Of a stretch of DNA of 64,000 bases, positions 19,101-32,800 are shown in pieces. The DNA is taken from the NCBI GenBank assembly GCA_905331295.1, contig CAJNYD010000033.1, forward strand, positions 1 to 64,000. The letters are read 5' to 3'. Origin of the DNA: Rotaria socialis. Its lineage: Eukaryota. A program made the position numbers and the translations under genes. Within the stretch, counting starts at the first letter, position 1; the number at the start of each line of letters is the position of its first letter. The notes beneath the pieces are model-generated. The model was not told the origin of the DNA, ran no database searches, and saw nothing but the letters and a program-made list of their open reading frames with translations.

Positions 19101-19961
19101 TTCCTTAAATGTCAGATACTATTACGTATTTTAACATTTCAATTCTGAATCAAAAGCACGAAAAGCGATTTAGCTTCTCTTCTTTACATTAGAAAAATGC
19201 TTTATCTCCATTGCATAACGAGTTGACTCGCATATATAAAATCAGCAATTTTTTTGTGTGATATGATTCAATTATTTTCTGATGATTTGATACTATGTAT
19301 TGATTGATGAATTTATTTTGTTTCATATCTTTACGTTGACAGGCCGATAGTGACGTGTGAGACGTTCAATTTCAACTACTTGAAAACCTTAAGTACGAAA
19401 TACCTCTATTTTGGACATTTCTTCCATGTTGAAATCCTCCAATGCTACGTTCCATCCCTTCACATATGACCTACGCTTTTGACGAGTCTTTTCTTTTTAT
19501 ATACAAAACATAGCGAACTTATTTCTGATATCATTTCTAAGTTAACTACTTGAATAAATAATTTTTAACAATGATGCTGCGTTGTCAGCGTCATCCGGAT
19601 AGATCAATCAAGCGACTGAATAAGATATTTCAATGACTCAATTCACACAGTTAGAATGTCTTTGTACAATTAATAGAATGAAAAAATTCAAAACACTATT
19701 CACTATTGACACAATACCATTTACTCGATACTTCATGCATGAATGCATCTGAGGTACCATAACGATCAATGTTATAGAAGCACAAGAGAAAAACGAAATA
19801 TAATATGAAGGTTAGAAGGGCGATACGTCACTATCTGTATCATTGTCTCCTTGTACGAATGCTTGACAAGGCTTCATACACATGCATACATTTCTTCATT
19901 CATAAACTGTAGGCAAGTAACCGGCGAGTTATAACATTTTGAACAAATATTTGGTGAAATA

Positions 19962-21206
19962 ATGGCGAAAGAAGCGACTCGTGCTGAAATTTCATTATCA
20001 GACATCAATGATGAAACATCATCATCTTCAGGCAATCAACAAAATAGACCATTGAATGTAGCAGCTGCGAAAAATTCAATTAAGCAGTATGTTACCAATG
20101 TCTTAAGTAAACTTGAAAGGGATGTTGAGCATCAGACTAATTTAGCAGAATCTCAAATCGAATTTGATACACCAAAAAATAATTATCGTGTTTATGAAAA
20201 TGTATCTGCTTTTCGACAATATCATTCTCATGCAGAAGCAATCGCAAGAACCGATGCTCATCGACGTCAAGAAGATATGACTAGTGAGGATGATTTAAAT
20301 GGCCATCCATTGTCAGAAGATCGCGTAATTAAATGCTTACTAGAGTTTCTTTTTCAAAAACAAAAGTGTAACTTCTTTTTCTTCCTTTTTTTGTTTTAGT
20401 CAGCCAATCTACATGAATCAACTACAGAGTTGAATTTGGATCCGAATCCAACCATTCAAGAACGTGAAAGTGCTGAAAAGATTTACAAACAAAAGGTCTA
20501 TTTACGTCAATTGCAACCACCTACTCCACAGCCAATAGAAATTCAAGTTCAAGAAGTTTTACTTCAACCGCAAACACAAAAACCACCAATACATGTTCGT
20601 GTTGGACAACGTGAGCCTCGAACACCTTCGCCAATTATTATTAAGAGTACACCACCACAACCTCCATTCACTGACTCTGATCAACCAGTTATTTACAATA
20701 AATATGTTCCACCACCAAAGCAAGCACCACAACAGGTATCATTCTTGATTAGTTATTGAAAACTTCGAAAGATCTCTTCTAGATAATTATTCATCGTTAT
20801 GCCGATTTACCACCGAAACCACGTAGGTTAATTTAGCTATTTTTTTTTAAATTCTATATCGATTATTTTTTTCAACAAAGGTCCTATTGTTGTTGAACAA
20901 TGGTTACCATTTAAACCAGCGCCAAAACGTATAATTAAACATTCATTACCACGTGAAGCCGTTCAAACCCCACAACCTCCACACAACATAATTGTGTCAT
21001 ACGGGAAACCACGTACTCTTGTTGAAGTTGAATTAGTTCGTTTGCCGGTAGTTAAAATAGATCCGCATACTTATCAACAAATGAGTGCTGTTGGTCAGCA
21101 AAAATTGACTCAGCATCCATCATTTCAACATGAACAAGATTATTTATCTGAAGATAAATTAGTACACGCATCTCGTATATCTAATCCAATTAATTGGCGT
21201 ATTTAG
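19962..21206 (+). CDS. Proline-rich low-complexity protein of unknown function (about 4 exons)
   Basis: ORFs joined by short GT-AG introns. Blocks YLRQLQPPTPQPIEIQVQE, PRTPSPIIIK, IIHRYADLPPKP, PIVVEQWLPFKP and NIIVSYGKP. Confidence 0.7.
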
Positions 21207-22954
21207 ATAGAAATACATTACGCACGTATTTAGTATGCATGCCTACCAAAGCTCGTATCAATTTATTGTTAATTATTTAAATTCAATAAAAAAAAACTAG
21301 ATGTGACATTATGAAAGAGAACTATTCGAAAAACTACACGTGATACTGCTGAAGTTAGATATTTATGAGATATTGCCGTATACCTTATATCGATAATATA
21401 AGTGCCACCTAGATGAACCCTACTAGGATCATAAAGCTGTTGAGTATGAAATAAAATCTGTTTTAAGTTTTGAACCAAATGTAAATAAAAGAAGCAAATC
21501 CTTAAAAACAATACAATGCAATTCTGAATTAAAAGCGTCAAAAAAGAAAAACCCAATCAAATTCGTCTTCTGTTAAAATACAATTGATTGTTCACAAAAA
21601 TAAATAAATATAGCACTTTTAAACAAAAAGCAGAAGTTTCTTCTATCCTATGATACAGTTTAGATAGAAAAATTAATCTGAATCCAATAGGTGCCTGACA
21701 ACAATATGTTAAAATAGATAATACTATTGAATTACTTGTACAGGAAGAACACAATCTCCAATACACACTATAAGATTATAGCTAACGTTCAAGTTTCATT
21801 TGGTAAGTTATTCTATGTGGTCCATTGACGCAGGACCAATAAAAGCATAATATAGATCAATTGGAATACCTTTTTTTTTGGAAATCATGAGTATTGAAAA
21901 GAATAAAAATGAATGGAGCATCAGGAAACATATATTCGTAGTGAAAACTAATATATTACATCGATTTTTTGTGCATACTGTTTACTCAAGTTCAAAAGAA
22001 AATTTTTCTTCTATTTATACTCGTTGTGAAAGATAAATATATATAAAAACCGATCATGATAAATTATTTTTAAGGCAGATAATGAAAAAAGATTTAATAC
22101 ATTTAGCCTGAAAATTTTTATTTCTCTAATTGAGCTTTGAAGACTTAAATTCAATTTGAAAGTCTTGTCGCATAACTGAACGTTGTAGCATTCAACATGA
22201 ATTTTATTATTCTACGACGATTGTCACTGTTCTAAGATCTGCAATTATATGTTTTTTATAATATTGAAAGATAAAATGTACATAGATGATAGCCTATAGA
22301 AAAATAATTTCATCGATATTTCATTTCGATTATTGAACAGTTCATTTTTCGATTTTACTTTGTTGTAAATATTTTCAACGAATTATCTACATAATAATTA
22401 AATTGGCAATGAAGAATTATGAGATGTGTTTAATAATCTATAATCATTTAAAGTAATGTTCCATTCAATCTTACGACAAATATATTGTCTTTTCTGAAAT
22501 GTTTACATAGAGATTGATTGTGTTAACATTTTGCAATAATTAAATGGCCAATCACGAAAAAATCTGATAAAAAATCATTAGCATATGACTAAAAGTTAGT
22601 CAAATATTTAACGAAAGAATCTTAAATTATTGATTAAAATTAAATTAAAACTTTTCCTATCGATATAATCAAATTTTAAACAAATCTGAAATTTCAATTC
22701 ATCACAAATTCTATCATTTAATTGATTAAAATAAAAAATGATTTTACTGTTTTCTTAATTACAATTATCGACAAGAAATAGAGGAGAAATTTTTCGATCA
22801 TTTTCTAAATCATTCTCATATTCAAATAGTTAATTACTATTCAATTTTCAGATAAATGAAGAACTTATTCAATGTTGTTTATCTTGAAAAATAGAAAATT
22901 TGAATTGCTCTGTTATGGCAATTTTTTCGATATGAAGGGAAACAAAGAACTATT

Positions 22955-24742
22955 TTATAGATAATCTTTCAAATAGTGAACAATACCCGTAAGCATTTCA
23001 TGAGCGACGTCTAATTTGAATATTCCTTCTAGAAATGTTAATGAACCAAGAAAAGTATTTTCAAAATGTCGATGTGTCACATGAACTCCATTAGATTTTA
23101 CACGAGCTGCATAGATAAATCCTTCATCTCTGAATTGATTGTGATCAACAGTGAGCACATATGTAGCTAGTCATTTCGATAGTTTTTCATTCTCGACTAA
23201 CAATGGTGATAAATCGGGTTCTAATGTTTGTTGAGCATTTTTTCTTAGATTTGCGCCACCATCAATGTTGTCATTGATTGATTCTTTGTAAGTTTGCCGA
23301 TATTTACTTGGAATTAATGGCCAATCTACATATGGACGATATTGTTTCTTTTGTTCAGTTGTCGTATGATTATTGGCAAGTATATCATCACTAATACTCC
23401 TATTGAGATATAATTCGAGCATCAAACCACTTTTTCCGGAATCAAAAATATTTACATTCGCTTCTCGATACGATGGAAGCATGAAATCAAAAAATTGTAC
23501 TACAGGATAAATAAGAATTTGAAGACATGGAATGTTTTTCGTCATATTTTCGTTGGTAAACCGTGTTGCAATTACAGTAACAAAATTTCCACCTATCAAT
23601 AAATATTGAACAAATTCCTTTATAAATAACTAATTATTAAATGCATATTTCTCTTCCGTTTCTTTTTATATTTCATAATTTTTAATTAAATTTTAATTGT
23701 GTCTGAATTTGAATAGCTCTTTCCACTTCAAATTTAAAAGTAAGTTTGATTTTTATCGAGCTCAAAATTTTCTACGAGTTAATATCAGTTTTAAACAAGA
23801 CAAGCGTTTTGGATCTCTAGAAAATTTGAGAATCTTACCAGCTGAATCTCCTGCAATAGCAATACGTGTTGGATCGATGTTAATCTTGTTCGCATTATCT
23901 ATATCAAGGATATGCTTTGTTACTTTTGTACAATCATCAAGTCCCACTGGAAAAGGATGTTCTCTGGTGATAGACGATATCTATTATATAAAGCATTGCA
24001 TACGATGAAAAAATAAAATAGTTGTATTTTTTTCAACTTGTTGAATCAGCACATACTCAACCGAAAGGACAATAAAATCAGTTTGAACAGCTAATTCACG
24101 TGTTATTGGGTGATGAGTTTCTAAATTTACGATGTCATTCGAATATCGAAATATTCGAAAAGACTCACCAACTAAACCTTTGCAGAAACCTCCTCCGTGA
24201 TAATAAATAACAACAAAAAGTAGTTTAAACAGACTATTTACTGAATTTATGGGATAGTAGAAGCGTACAGGTACTCCCTCAATAATCATATGGTCAATCT
24301 ACGAAGAGTCCTTTATGAAATCAATTCAGATAATATGTTTAATAATACTTTTAGATTAGTCTTAATTTCGATCGGTTTTAATTTTAATAGGAGAATCACA
24401 CAACTACGTTGAATAAGTCATTTTGATGACAAACCAACAGTTTCAGGCGTGAAACCCTATAAGAAAAAGAAAAGAAAAAAGCTACTGACAAAGATTCTGA
24501 AGTTGTCTTATAATTTATTTAATTCAATTATTTAAAAATCTTTCGTTCCTATCAAAATCATTAACAGATATTTCCTTTCATTATATTCTTACAATAAATT
24601 TAATTATTTTCATTGATGCATTGAGTAAACGAACGTGGCTCATTTGTGAAATATTCTCACTATTTGGAACATGATATAGATATGCCAAAATACATATGAA
24701 AATGCTACCAAGTGTAGCTGACAATTGAAACGTGTAACTCAT
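22955..24742 (-). pseudogene. Arylacetamide deacetylase/NCEH1-like (HSL-family) esterase pseudogene
   Basis: HGGG and GDSAG motifs and SPLL are present. Lesions: in-frame TGA at ~24418-24420 and at 23171-23173, and a 2-nt insertion near 23961-23964 breaking YRLSPEHPFP. The expected catalytic Asp and His positions read N (HNQFRDEG) and L (TFLGS). Confidence 0.8.
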
Positions 24743-25811
24743 CGATTTCGTACCAATAGCTACATATATGATCTAGTAGGAACGATAGTGATGTTCTAAT
24801 AAGTTTTATGTTTTATCTTCTCAAACAAAGTTGAAATTGAAAAAGGATATTCTTCATGGGTAGCTCTTAAAGTAAATAGGAATTTTTATTTCTTTTTGCG
24901 TTCTCTTTTTTTGTAACCACAATGTATGTTATAAAAAAAAGGCGCTGTGTCAACAACTTTCGTTCTCTTATAGTTGCAGCAACATCAAGGATAAAACATT
25001 ATAGATTGTGCTTTCTGGTACTTCTTCACGTTTGTTCATATTCATCTATTCGAACAAGACAAAGGTAAGTTTCATTCTTGTTAGATAGACTCTAGTTAAA
25101 CGAGAGTTTCATTTGGAAACATGTTTACTTGTTACAAGACCTTGAAATTTAGATTTGTCAAGGTAAATTCAGAAAGAATAGAAAAAATGTAAATATTCAA
25201 GGAGATATACACATATTAAATAACCTTGGCTATTCCAAGTTATTGTTTTTATAAGTAGTCTTTGATTATTCTGATTCTACTAATTAAGCAATTGTTATTT
25301 TCCAATCTTCGATCTCATCTCTTTTGATTTTATATCATTCGTTCAACTAAATGATAGATTCATACATACCGAATGATCTCTCATATTATGCTCTGTCTTA
25401 CTACGCATCTAGAAAAATGATAAGATAAAATCTATATTCATATTCTGATTGTTTCATCAAAAACTGTCTAAGATATTTCGATAGATAGAAGAAGAAATTT
25501 TTAAAAAAACTATCTGATGTTGGTGTTTATATTGTATTATATTTCGCAGACAAATACGACAAGATTTATCTTTTTCGAGTAACACACACTAATCGGAACG
25601 TTTTAATCAACTATATAGTAAGAGAACTTTTTATTGTTTTTGAAATCGTAAATGGTTTTCAAATTTTGATCTTTTCTTTTGGTATGACTTTGAAAAGATT
25701 GAAGATTTAATTCACATCGAAATATCTAAATATCAACTGCAAGAACATTGATGTGATTTATATAATTTACTTTTCTTAATTTTTGAAGACGCATCGTTTG
25801 AATTCATGCAG

Positions 25812-26367
25812 ATTTAAGTAAAAATAAATGTGGAAACTTCGGATTTCATCCGAGAGTTATGTGTACTGCAAAAAGTGCATGCGATATATGAGTCATTCTA
25901 GAATGTCTGAACACGAAAATTATCATGAGAAACTAGGCAATTTGATTTCTGGATGGAGTTTTTGTGAATTTTGAGACGTTTTTCAGGCGATGTTTCGTTA
26001 GAAAGCTATGACTTAGTTCAAAACTAATATCAGATTTAGAATCAGCGTTAAAAACTGAGTCGATTTATATATGTTGTGAATAATTCTGAGAAAATTTTTT
26101 TTTTGAAAAATCCCTGTACTCCCCCTCAGGGATGGTCTGATCAAAAATGACAATTTTTTCGACAACTCAGCCATTTCTTGACGGATCCTTCTCATCTTCG
26201 AACTCGACCTAGATATTGATAAGCCAATTCTGTGCACAAAATTTCAGCTCAATCGAATGTAATTGTGAAGAGTTATCGAATAAACGGACGCCCGGACGGC
26301 CGGACACACTGACCGATTCTATATTGTACTCTTTTTTTTTTTTCGAGTACACAAAAAAGAAACTTCG
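25812..26367 (-). mobile_element. Helentron/DINE-1-like non-autonomous element, family A (longer copy)
   Basis: Read on the minus strand: sub-TIR TGTGTACTC, GTCCGGCCGTCCGGGCGTCC microsatellite, 3' AGTACACA and a TCGGAT-GAA-ATCCGA hairpin. Matches 13266-13635. Confidence 0.7.
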
Positions 26368-27970
26368 AGTATTCTATTCACTTTTTAATTGCAATCACTA
26401 AGATTATTGTAGCGACGGAATTCGTTTGCTTACGTACAATAAATTATATTGTAAAACATACATCGTAGTGTCCTGATAAATCCCGAGGGGGACGTCCTTT
26501 GCAAATGTCTTTTTCGCTGGAATCGTGACAAGCGCTGCGATTTATGATTGTAAACTAAGTCTTTTATCTCCAGTTAAAAATTTTATTAATAGAAAGTAGA
26601 CATGCGTTTATTTTTGTTCAGATTTGAACCATTAAGTATCTGAAGAATGAAGAAAAACGTTTCTGATTATCGAAAATAGAGGGTATCTAACGAGTTCCAT
26701 CTGGTGATCATCTAATAATTTGATGAAAATTTCGAGATTTCTAGAATAATTTTTACTAATATTTTGCATGTAAAGTTTTTCCGATATAAGTTCATGTTTT
26801 TTTGGAAGACACGAAATAAATGCTACAACTACATGTTTAGTCATTTTTCTATGAGCCAATCGAACATTTTACAAAAACGAAATTGATTTTTCATTAAAAT
26901 CGTGAGACTAATTATAGATTTGTGGAGTTCTAGTGAAAAGTTATATCAGATTCTTACTCGACTACAAATTTTCATACCGTTAACTGGTTTTCTCTATAGT
27001 AGTTTGGGAGAGAAAATATTAATTCAAAGAAATTATTAGACAAGTTAGAATTAACGAAAATAGTTATGTCACTAGTTCGACAGAGCAATGACACTTTACA
27101 AGATGTTCTAGTTAATTTCTTCGCAAACTTTAATTCAGTTGGTAACAATGCTTGTAAACATTGAGATATAAATCTTTATTTTCCTCAAACGAAAATATAT
27201 TCAGTTTCTTCGTACGCTTAAACTTCTAGAAGCAATTTAGATTTCTTTGATGACTCTTCAGAAATATTCACTTGATTGATTTGGTAATGATTGAGTAAAT
27301 TGAAATATGAACAGTTACAATAAAAAAAAATCAACTTTTTTAAAATATTTTCAGTCAGAAGATAAATGTATGTTCAATGAAGCAGAACATACACTTCAAT
27401 ACATATTTTTCAAGAGCTATTCTCTGGAGAATAAACCTTTTATGAACTATAGCAATCATTTCAAATTGAATAATATTCTGATAGAATTCTCAGAAAGGTT
27501 AAAATCAATAATTTTGACCACAACAAAAGACTAAAATATGGGCAGACGACTGAGTGAATGTTATGGTTCCCAATTTTAATAAAGTTTTAAAAATCTATAA
27601 AAAATATTCATAATAAGAAATTTTCTATTACGTTGAGCTATTTTATTTAAATGGTTTTTCTTTTAAAAAATGAATCTTTATAAAGTAGCGTTGAAAAAAA
27701 TTTGTTTTCTCAAATTTAAAACCGAATCAATTCATTCGCATATATGATAGGAGCTTTGCCGAATCTTTAAGATTTAGTATTAATTTTAGAAGTTTTTAAC
27801 ACCATCCTTAATAGACTAGACTTGATTAATGGAATCTAACTGGTTTCCATATCAAATATTTATCAGCGCATCTATTAGTATTTTAGTAAAAAAAATGCTT
27901 TAAAAGGTATTCAGATAAAAATTACTCGAAAGAAAGAATTATACTTTTCATATATATATATATATAAGAA

Positions 27971-28800
27971 CTAGATGGTATTCGAGTTTCACTCGTATAC
28001 AAAATGCGGTGCGAAGCACGGGCCGAGTACACGAAAAAATAAAAAGTTTAACGGAAAAAGAACAAGCGCACTGAATATTCGATGAAAGATGGGATAAAGG
28101 ATATCAACAGTTAGATCTCGATACGCTTACAATGCGTTGGAGCGAGCTATTTGTGATTTTCTGGTCTTGAGATCGTCATGTCAGAAAATGACCTGATATG
28201 ATGTGCACGAATAGTTTCCAAGAAAAAGAAACGAACAATCAGTCGTGGCTTCTCTACTTTCATTTCTTAGTGGAAATGACTTCGCTATTTATGTATAAGG
28301 ATTTAAAACAGAAATTTTCTACTGAGCAGCTGATCGAAATTTCAAATACTACTTAAGTAACCATTAACAATTGCATCACTGTGAAAACTCCATGTATGTC
28401 TAGCGGCATGTTTTGCAAGAACGATTTCGATTGAACATTTAATTATCTCAATGATTCAATATCTATTATCAGCTGTGAGCGAATACACTAGTGGCTAGCA
28501 TTTGCTGATGACGTCATTTTAATTATCTCCAATCTTGAAAACGACAAATTCCTTTCATTTTCGTCATTTTGGAACATCATTTGTGAGTGAACGGAATATC
28601 AGATTGAAGAATAGAAAAAGTATGTCAGAAGTTCAATCTCGATACTTTCATCTCCCGTTTCAATGAGTTCTCTATGGTTTTCGGTACTCGAGATCATCGG
28701 GTCACAAAATGATGAAAACGATGCGTACGTCGAGAAAGCAAAAGCAAAAGAAAACTCGCGACGGACTACTTGAATGCTGTGCTTTGCACTGCATTAATAA
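27971..28800 (-). mobile_element. Helentron/HINE-like non-autonomous element, family B
   Basis: Sub-TIRs AATGCGGTGCGAAGCAC (28003-28019) and GTGCTTTGCACTGCATT (28779-28795). CGAG-TTTCA-CTCG hairpin and CTAG terminus at 27971. Internal duplicated block (~28110-28210 vs ~28635-28730). Confidence 0.65.
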
Positions 28801-29898
28801 AAAAATTTGTCTTTTATTTCTAAATTCTAATTATCATGCAAAAAAATCCGTTGTTCGCTGATACAAGTTATAAATCTTATTAGTTGATGTACTTGCATAA
28901 TTATCGAGCAGTTACCATAGTTTTCAATGTTCTTTCATTAATTATATACAAGCTATTTTTCTCTAATCAAATATCATGTCCTTTGTTTCACAATAAAAAG
29001 AAACCCATCCAGCTCTAAATACTAGTTATGTGGGTGTTCGGTATGCATATTTATGAAAAGAAAGATAAGAATGAACGAGTCTTTACTATCAGTCATGATG
29101 TGTGATTTTTACCCTTTTTTCACAGTGTACGCATTAAAAGAAAAAATGTTATTAATACTCGATCACGTCGCATAGCCTTCATTTTAAAACACACACGTGT
29201 AGGTCTATAGTCTGATTCGTTCGTTTTATACACTACCTAAGCTAAATAATACCACTTTCAAATATAATGAAACACACGATTTTCTCCCAGGATTAAACGC
29301 TTTAATTTCGAGTTAATTCGTGTGAGCGCTTTTTTTAAACAGTTATCGAATACTTTTTCGAGAATTGTGTAATGAATTTATCGGCGAATCATTTAGAATT
29401 AGATCTAGAAGAAGAATTTTTTTCTGAAAGTAGTTTTTAAGTCAATCTTACAATTTATTGCATATCATATCATGTGATCAATTACTATTAGAATCGGAGT
29501 TTTTGTTGATGCTTCAGCCTTTTTTTAAATATAGAGACGGCCTATAGTTATTAGAGAATAAAGTACGAACACACGAAATGGTAGTATTTACTTTCAGAGG
29601 GCTATTAAAAGAGATGAAAAGTTGAAAAATGAACAGAAGATCATTGATATATAAGAGATAAACATATTGACTGTTATTAATATAGTTGTGAATAAGATCG
29701 GATAATAATTTGAATTTTTAAATGTACGAATCTATGAACTTATTTGATTAATTGATGGATAAAAAAAATAGTTCCAATGTTATTGCAAGATATGATCGAA
29801 AAATTTGTTAAATGATCTTTCAGAAATAATTTACTATTATTTATTTTGATTTAGTTAATCAAATTTAACTTGGTATCTATACAAAAATATTCAGTCAA

Positions 29899-32800
29899 AT
29901 GTCATCACGAAGAGGTCGAGATTATCCTGATGGTATATTTTCTTTTCTTTAAAAAGATATTTTCAATTGATCGGGATCTTTTCTTTTAGATGATGATCGA
30001 GATCGTCGATCATCTAAACGTCGTATGTATTCTTTTTTCTTTTGCTAGAGAAAACTTAATGGAATTGTTTATCTATTGTTTTGAATTTCATATTAGCTCG
30101 TTCAAGTCGTGTCGACGAAAGTTCATCTGAATCATATCAACGTCGATCATATTCATCATCTAGCGTAGAAGAAAAACCTTCGACTTCTTCAAATCAACCC
30201 ATTAGATTTACTGAATTCACCTCGACTTCTGTAGTACCAAAATCTTCAATAGACACAGAAATTGATGCAAAAAAGCGTTCACATTCGTTTGTTCGTCCAC
30301 TACTACGTTCAGCTGTACCAGATTCTCAAATAATAACACTGGCACGAAGACCAGCGTTACCTGGACGTGGTAAAATAGCGATAGAAAAGAAAATAATTTA
30401 TTTTTATTTAAATCTGATTAATTGTTGTAGCTGGTCAGCGATTTGAAATTTATACAAATCATTTAAAGATTGAATTTTCCAATGCGACTGAATCATTAAT
30501 ACTTTATCAATTCGATGTAGATGTTGAAATATTAATGCGTGATGGTTCATGGCGTTCATGTAAAAAAGATGAACGCTTTCAGGTTATGAAAACAATTATC
30601 GAACGAGAAGAATTTCCACTTGTTTGGTATGATCAAGGGAAAAGTTTATATTCAACTCAAAATTTAACCTTAACATTAAAAAAAGAATATGAATGTGAAA
30701 TAGTCCATAAAAAAACAAATCGAACAAATCGTTTTCGATTTTTACTTATTAATCTTGTCAAAACTTATGATTTAAAAATAATTTTCGATTTCATTCAAAA
30801 GAAAATGCCTAATCGTCCACATGATCCTGTAAGAATTCTAGAAATTTTATTTAAACAAACCCAAAGAGCTGATATGATTACAATAAAAAATCAATCATAT
30901 CCAAAAAATCAAAAATTAGATGATCTAGGTAAAATATTTTCATAAGAGAAACAGAGAAATTGTATCATCATGAATTTTCATTAAGGTGATGGTCGTGGTT
31001 TAGCTGCAGGATTTTATCAAGCAATCGTACTTGGTGAATGTGGTCCAACATTGAATATTAATAATAATTTTTGTTGCTTTTATCAAAATGATAATTTAGT
31101 TCAATTCATTTCCTGTTATTTAGGCCAAGATATTAGAAAAAATGGTTAGTTAAACATTGAAACATTATTTCTCTCAAGTTACTTTTCGATTAGTATTGTC
31201 TGAACGATATCAAATTTAGTCATTTCTTGTTTTTTCAATTTTACATTACGAGATACAGACTATTTTTTACCTTCGATTGTTCTTAGTCGATCAGCTGTGA
31301 TCGTTTGTGAGGAAAAAACTCTATCAGCTTAGTTTTCCAATTTTCATTTGTTTATTTACCGGTTATTACTAGAAATTTCAGCTACAAGTTTGACTGGAAA
31401 TAAATTTAATAGTCATATAAAACTATTCATTGGTCAAGAATATATTCATCTGTGTTAAAGTTTTAACAACTTTTCGCTCGTTATACCTCCTATTAATTGC
31501 GAAAGTTTCACCTGGAAGTTTAATCATTTAGATTATCAAGAGATTTGTATTCATAGCGTAAAAATGCAGTAAAATGCTTATAAATAAATAAACGAATAAA
31601 AAAATATGTGTAGATTAGATAGTAAGAGCAAAACAAGTCTTGCTACTTTTATTATTATTATTATTATTATTATTGTGATTTACCAGAAGAAGTTAAATGA
31701 TAAATATTTTCAAGTAAGAAGAGTTTGAACAAACAGAAATCTCTTTGCGTCAGTTTTAATCTGCAACATTTTTTCAACTAAATTATTGTTTGAAAATACT
31801 TTGTTTTTGTAAACATTATCGCATGATGTGACACTCTAGTGATGAATTAAATTCAGTAAAACAGAGTTTTTGTATCTACGGGGGAAAAACATTTGTTTCT
31901 AGTCCTCTATCCTTTCAAACTAAAAACTCCGACAGGTCTTCAACATTTTACATGTTTGGCAAAGAAGATATATTGTATTTTTTAACGCCACTTACTTAAC
32001 CTATTCTAATGACTGAATGAAAATTATTTATAAGTAAACTTTTCCATCATAACATTTTACCCAAATAACTGACATATCAATAAATAAAAAATACTCACTT
32101 TTGGTAATTTGTTTTTTCTATTGAATAGACATTTAATTCATTAATATTATAAATACTCTCCCCTAAATTTGAATATATTCCTTAAGTATATCGACGTCTT
32201 TATAGACGAAATAAAAATTGATTACTTTAATGTGTATTTGAAGGTATCTCACCAAACGATCAATCGTTCTTAGTACGTAAAATCTTAAAAACTATTTGGT
32301 TTGTAACAACACATACCAATCAAGTTCGAAAATATCGTTTAAAATCATTTGGTCGTTCATCAAATGAGCATAGATTTTCTCAAGATCATGGTGAAAATCA
32401 AGGCGAGCAAATAAATGTTACTGATTACTTTCGAGAAAAGTGGAAAATTCGTTTACGTTATCCACAATTACCTGTTGTTGAGCTGTTTAATCCAGTGGAT
32501 AAAAATAAATCACATTTTTTACCAATGGAATTAGTTACTGTCGATGAATGGCAGCGAAGTTTAAAACCATTAACAACTGAACAACGAGCAAAAGTAACCA
32601 AAAAAACTGTTGTTAAACCGGGCGAACGTTTTGGAATGATTCGACGCGTTATTGACGAATGTCGGTTTGATCAAGATTCTTATTTACAAAAATTTGGTAT
32701 CAAAGTTCATTCTAACGATATGTTGAAGATACCGGCAAGAATTTTAACGCCACCTGACATAAAATATAAATCAACAAAAGACGATCAACGCGATATTATT

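Noticed and set aside
23159..23173. In-frame TGA as possible selenocysteine or readthrough in the esterase
   Set aside because: A further stop, a frameshift and catalytic substitutions make pseudogenisation far simpler.
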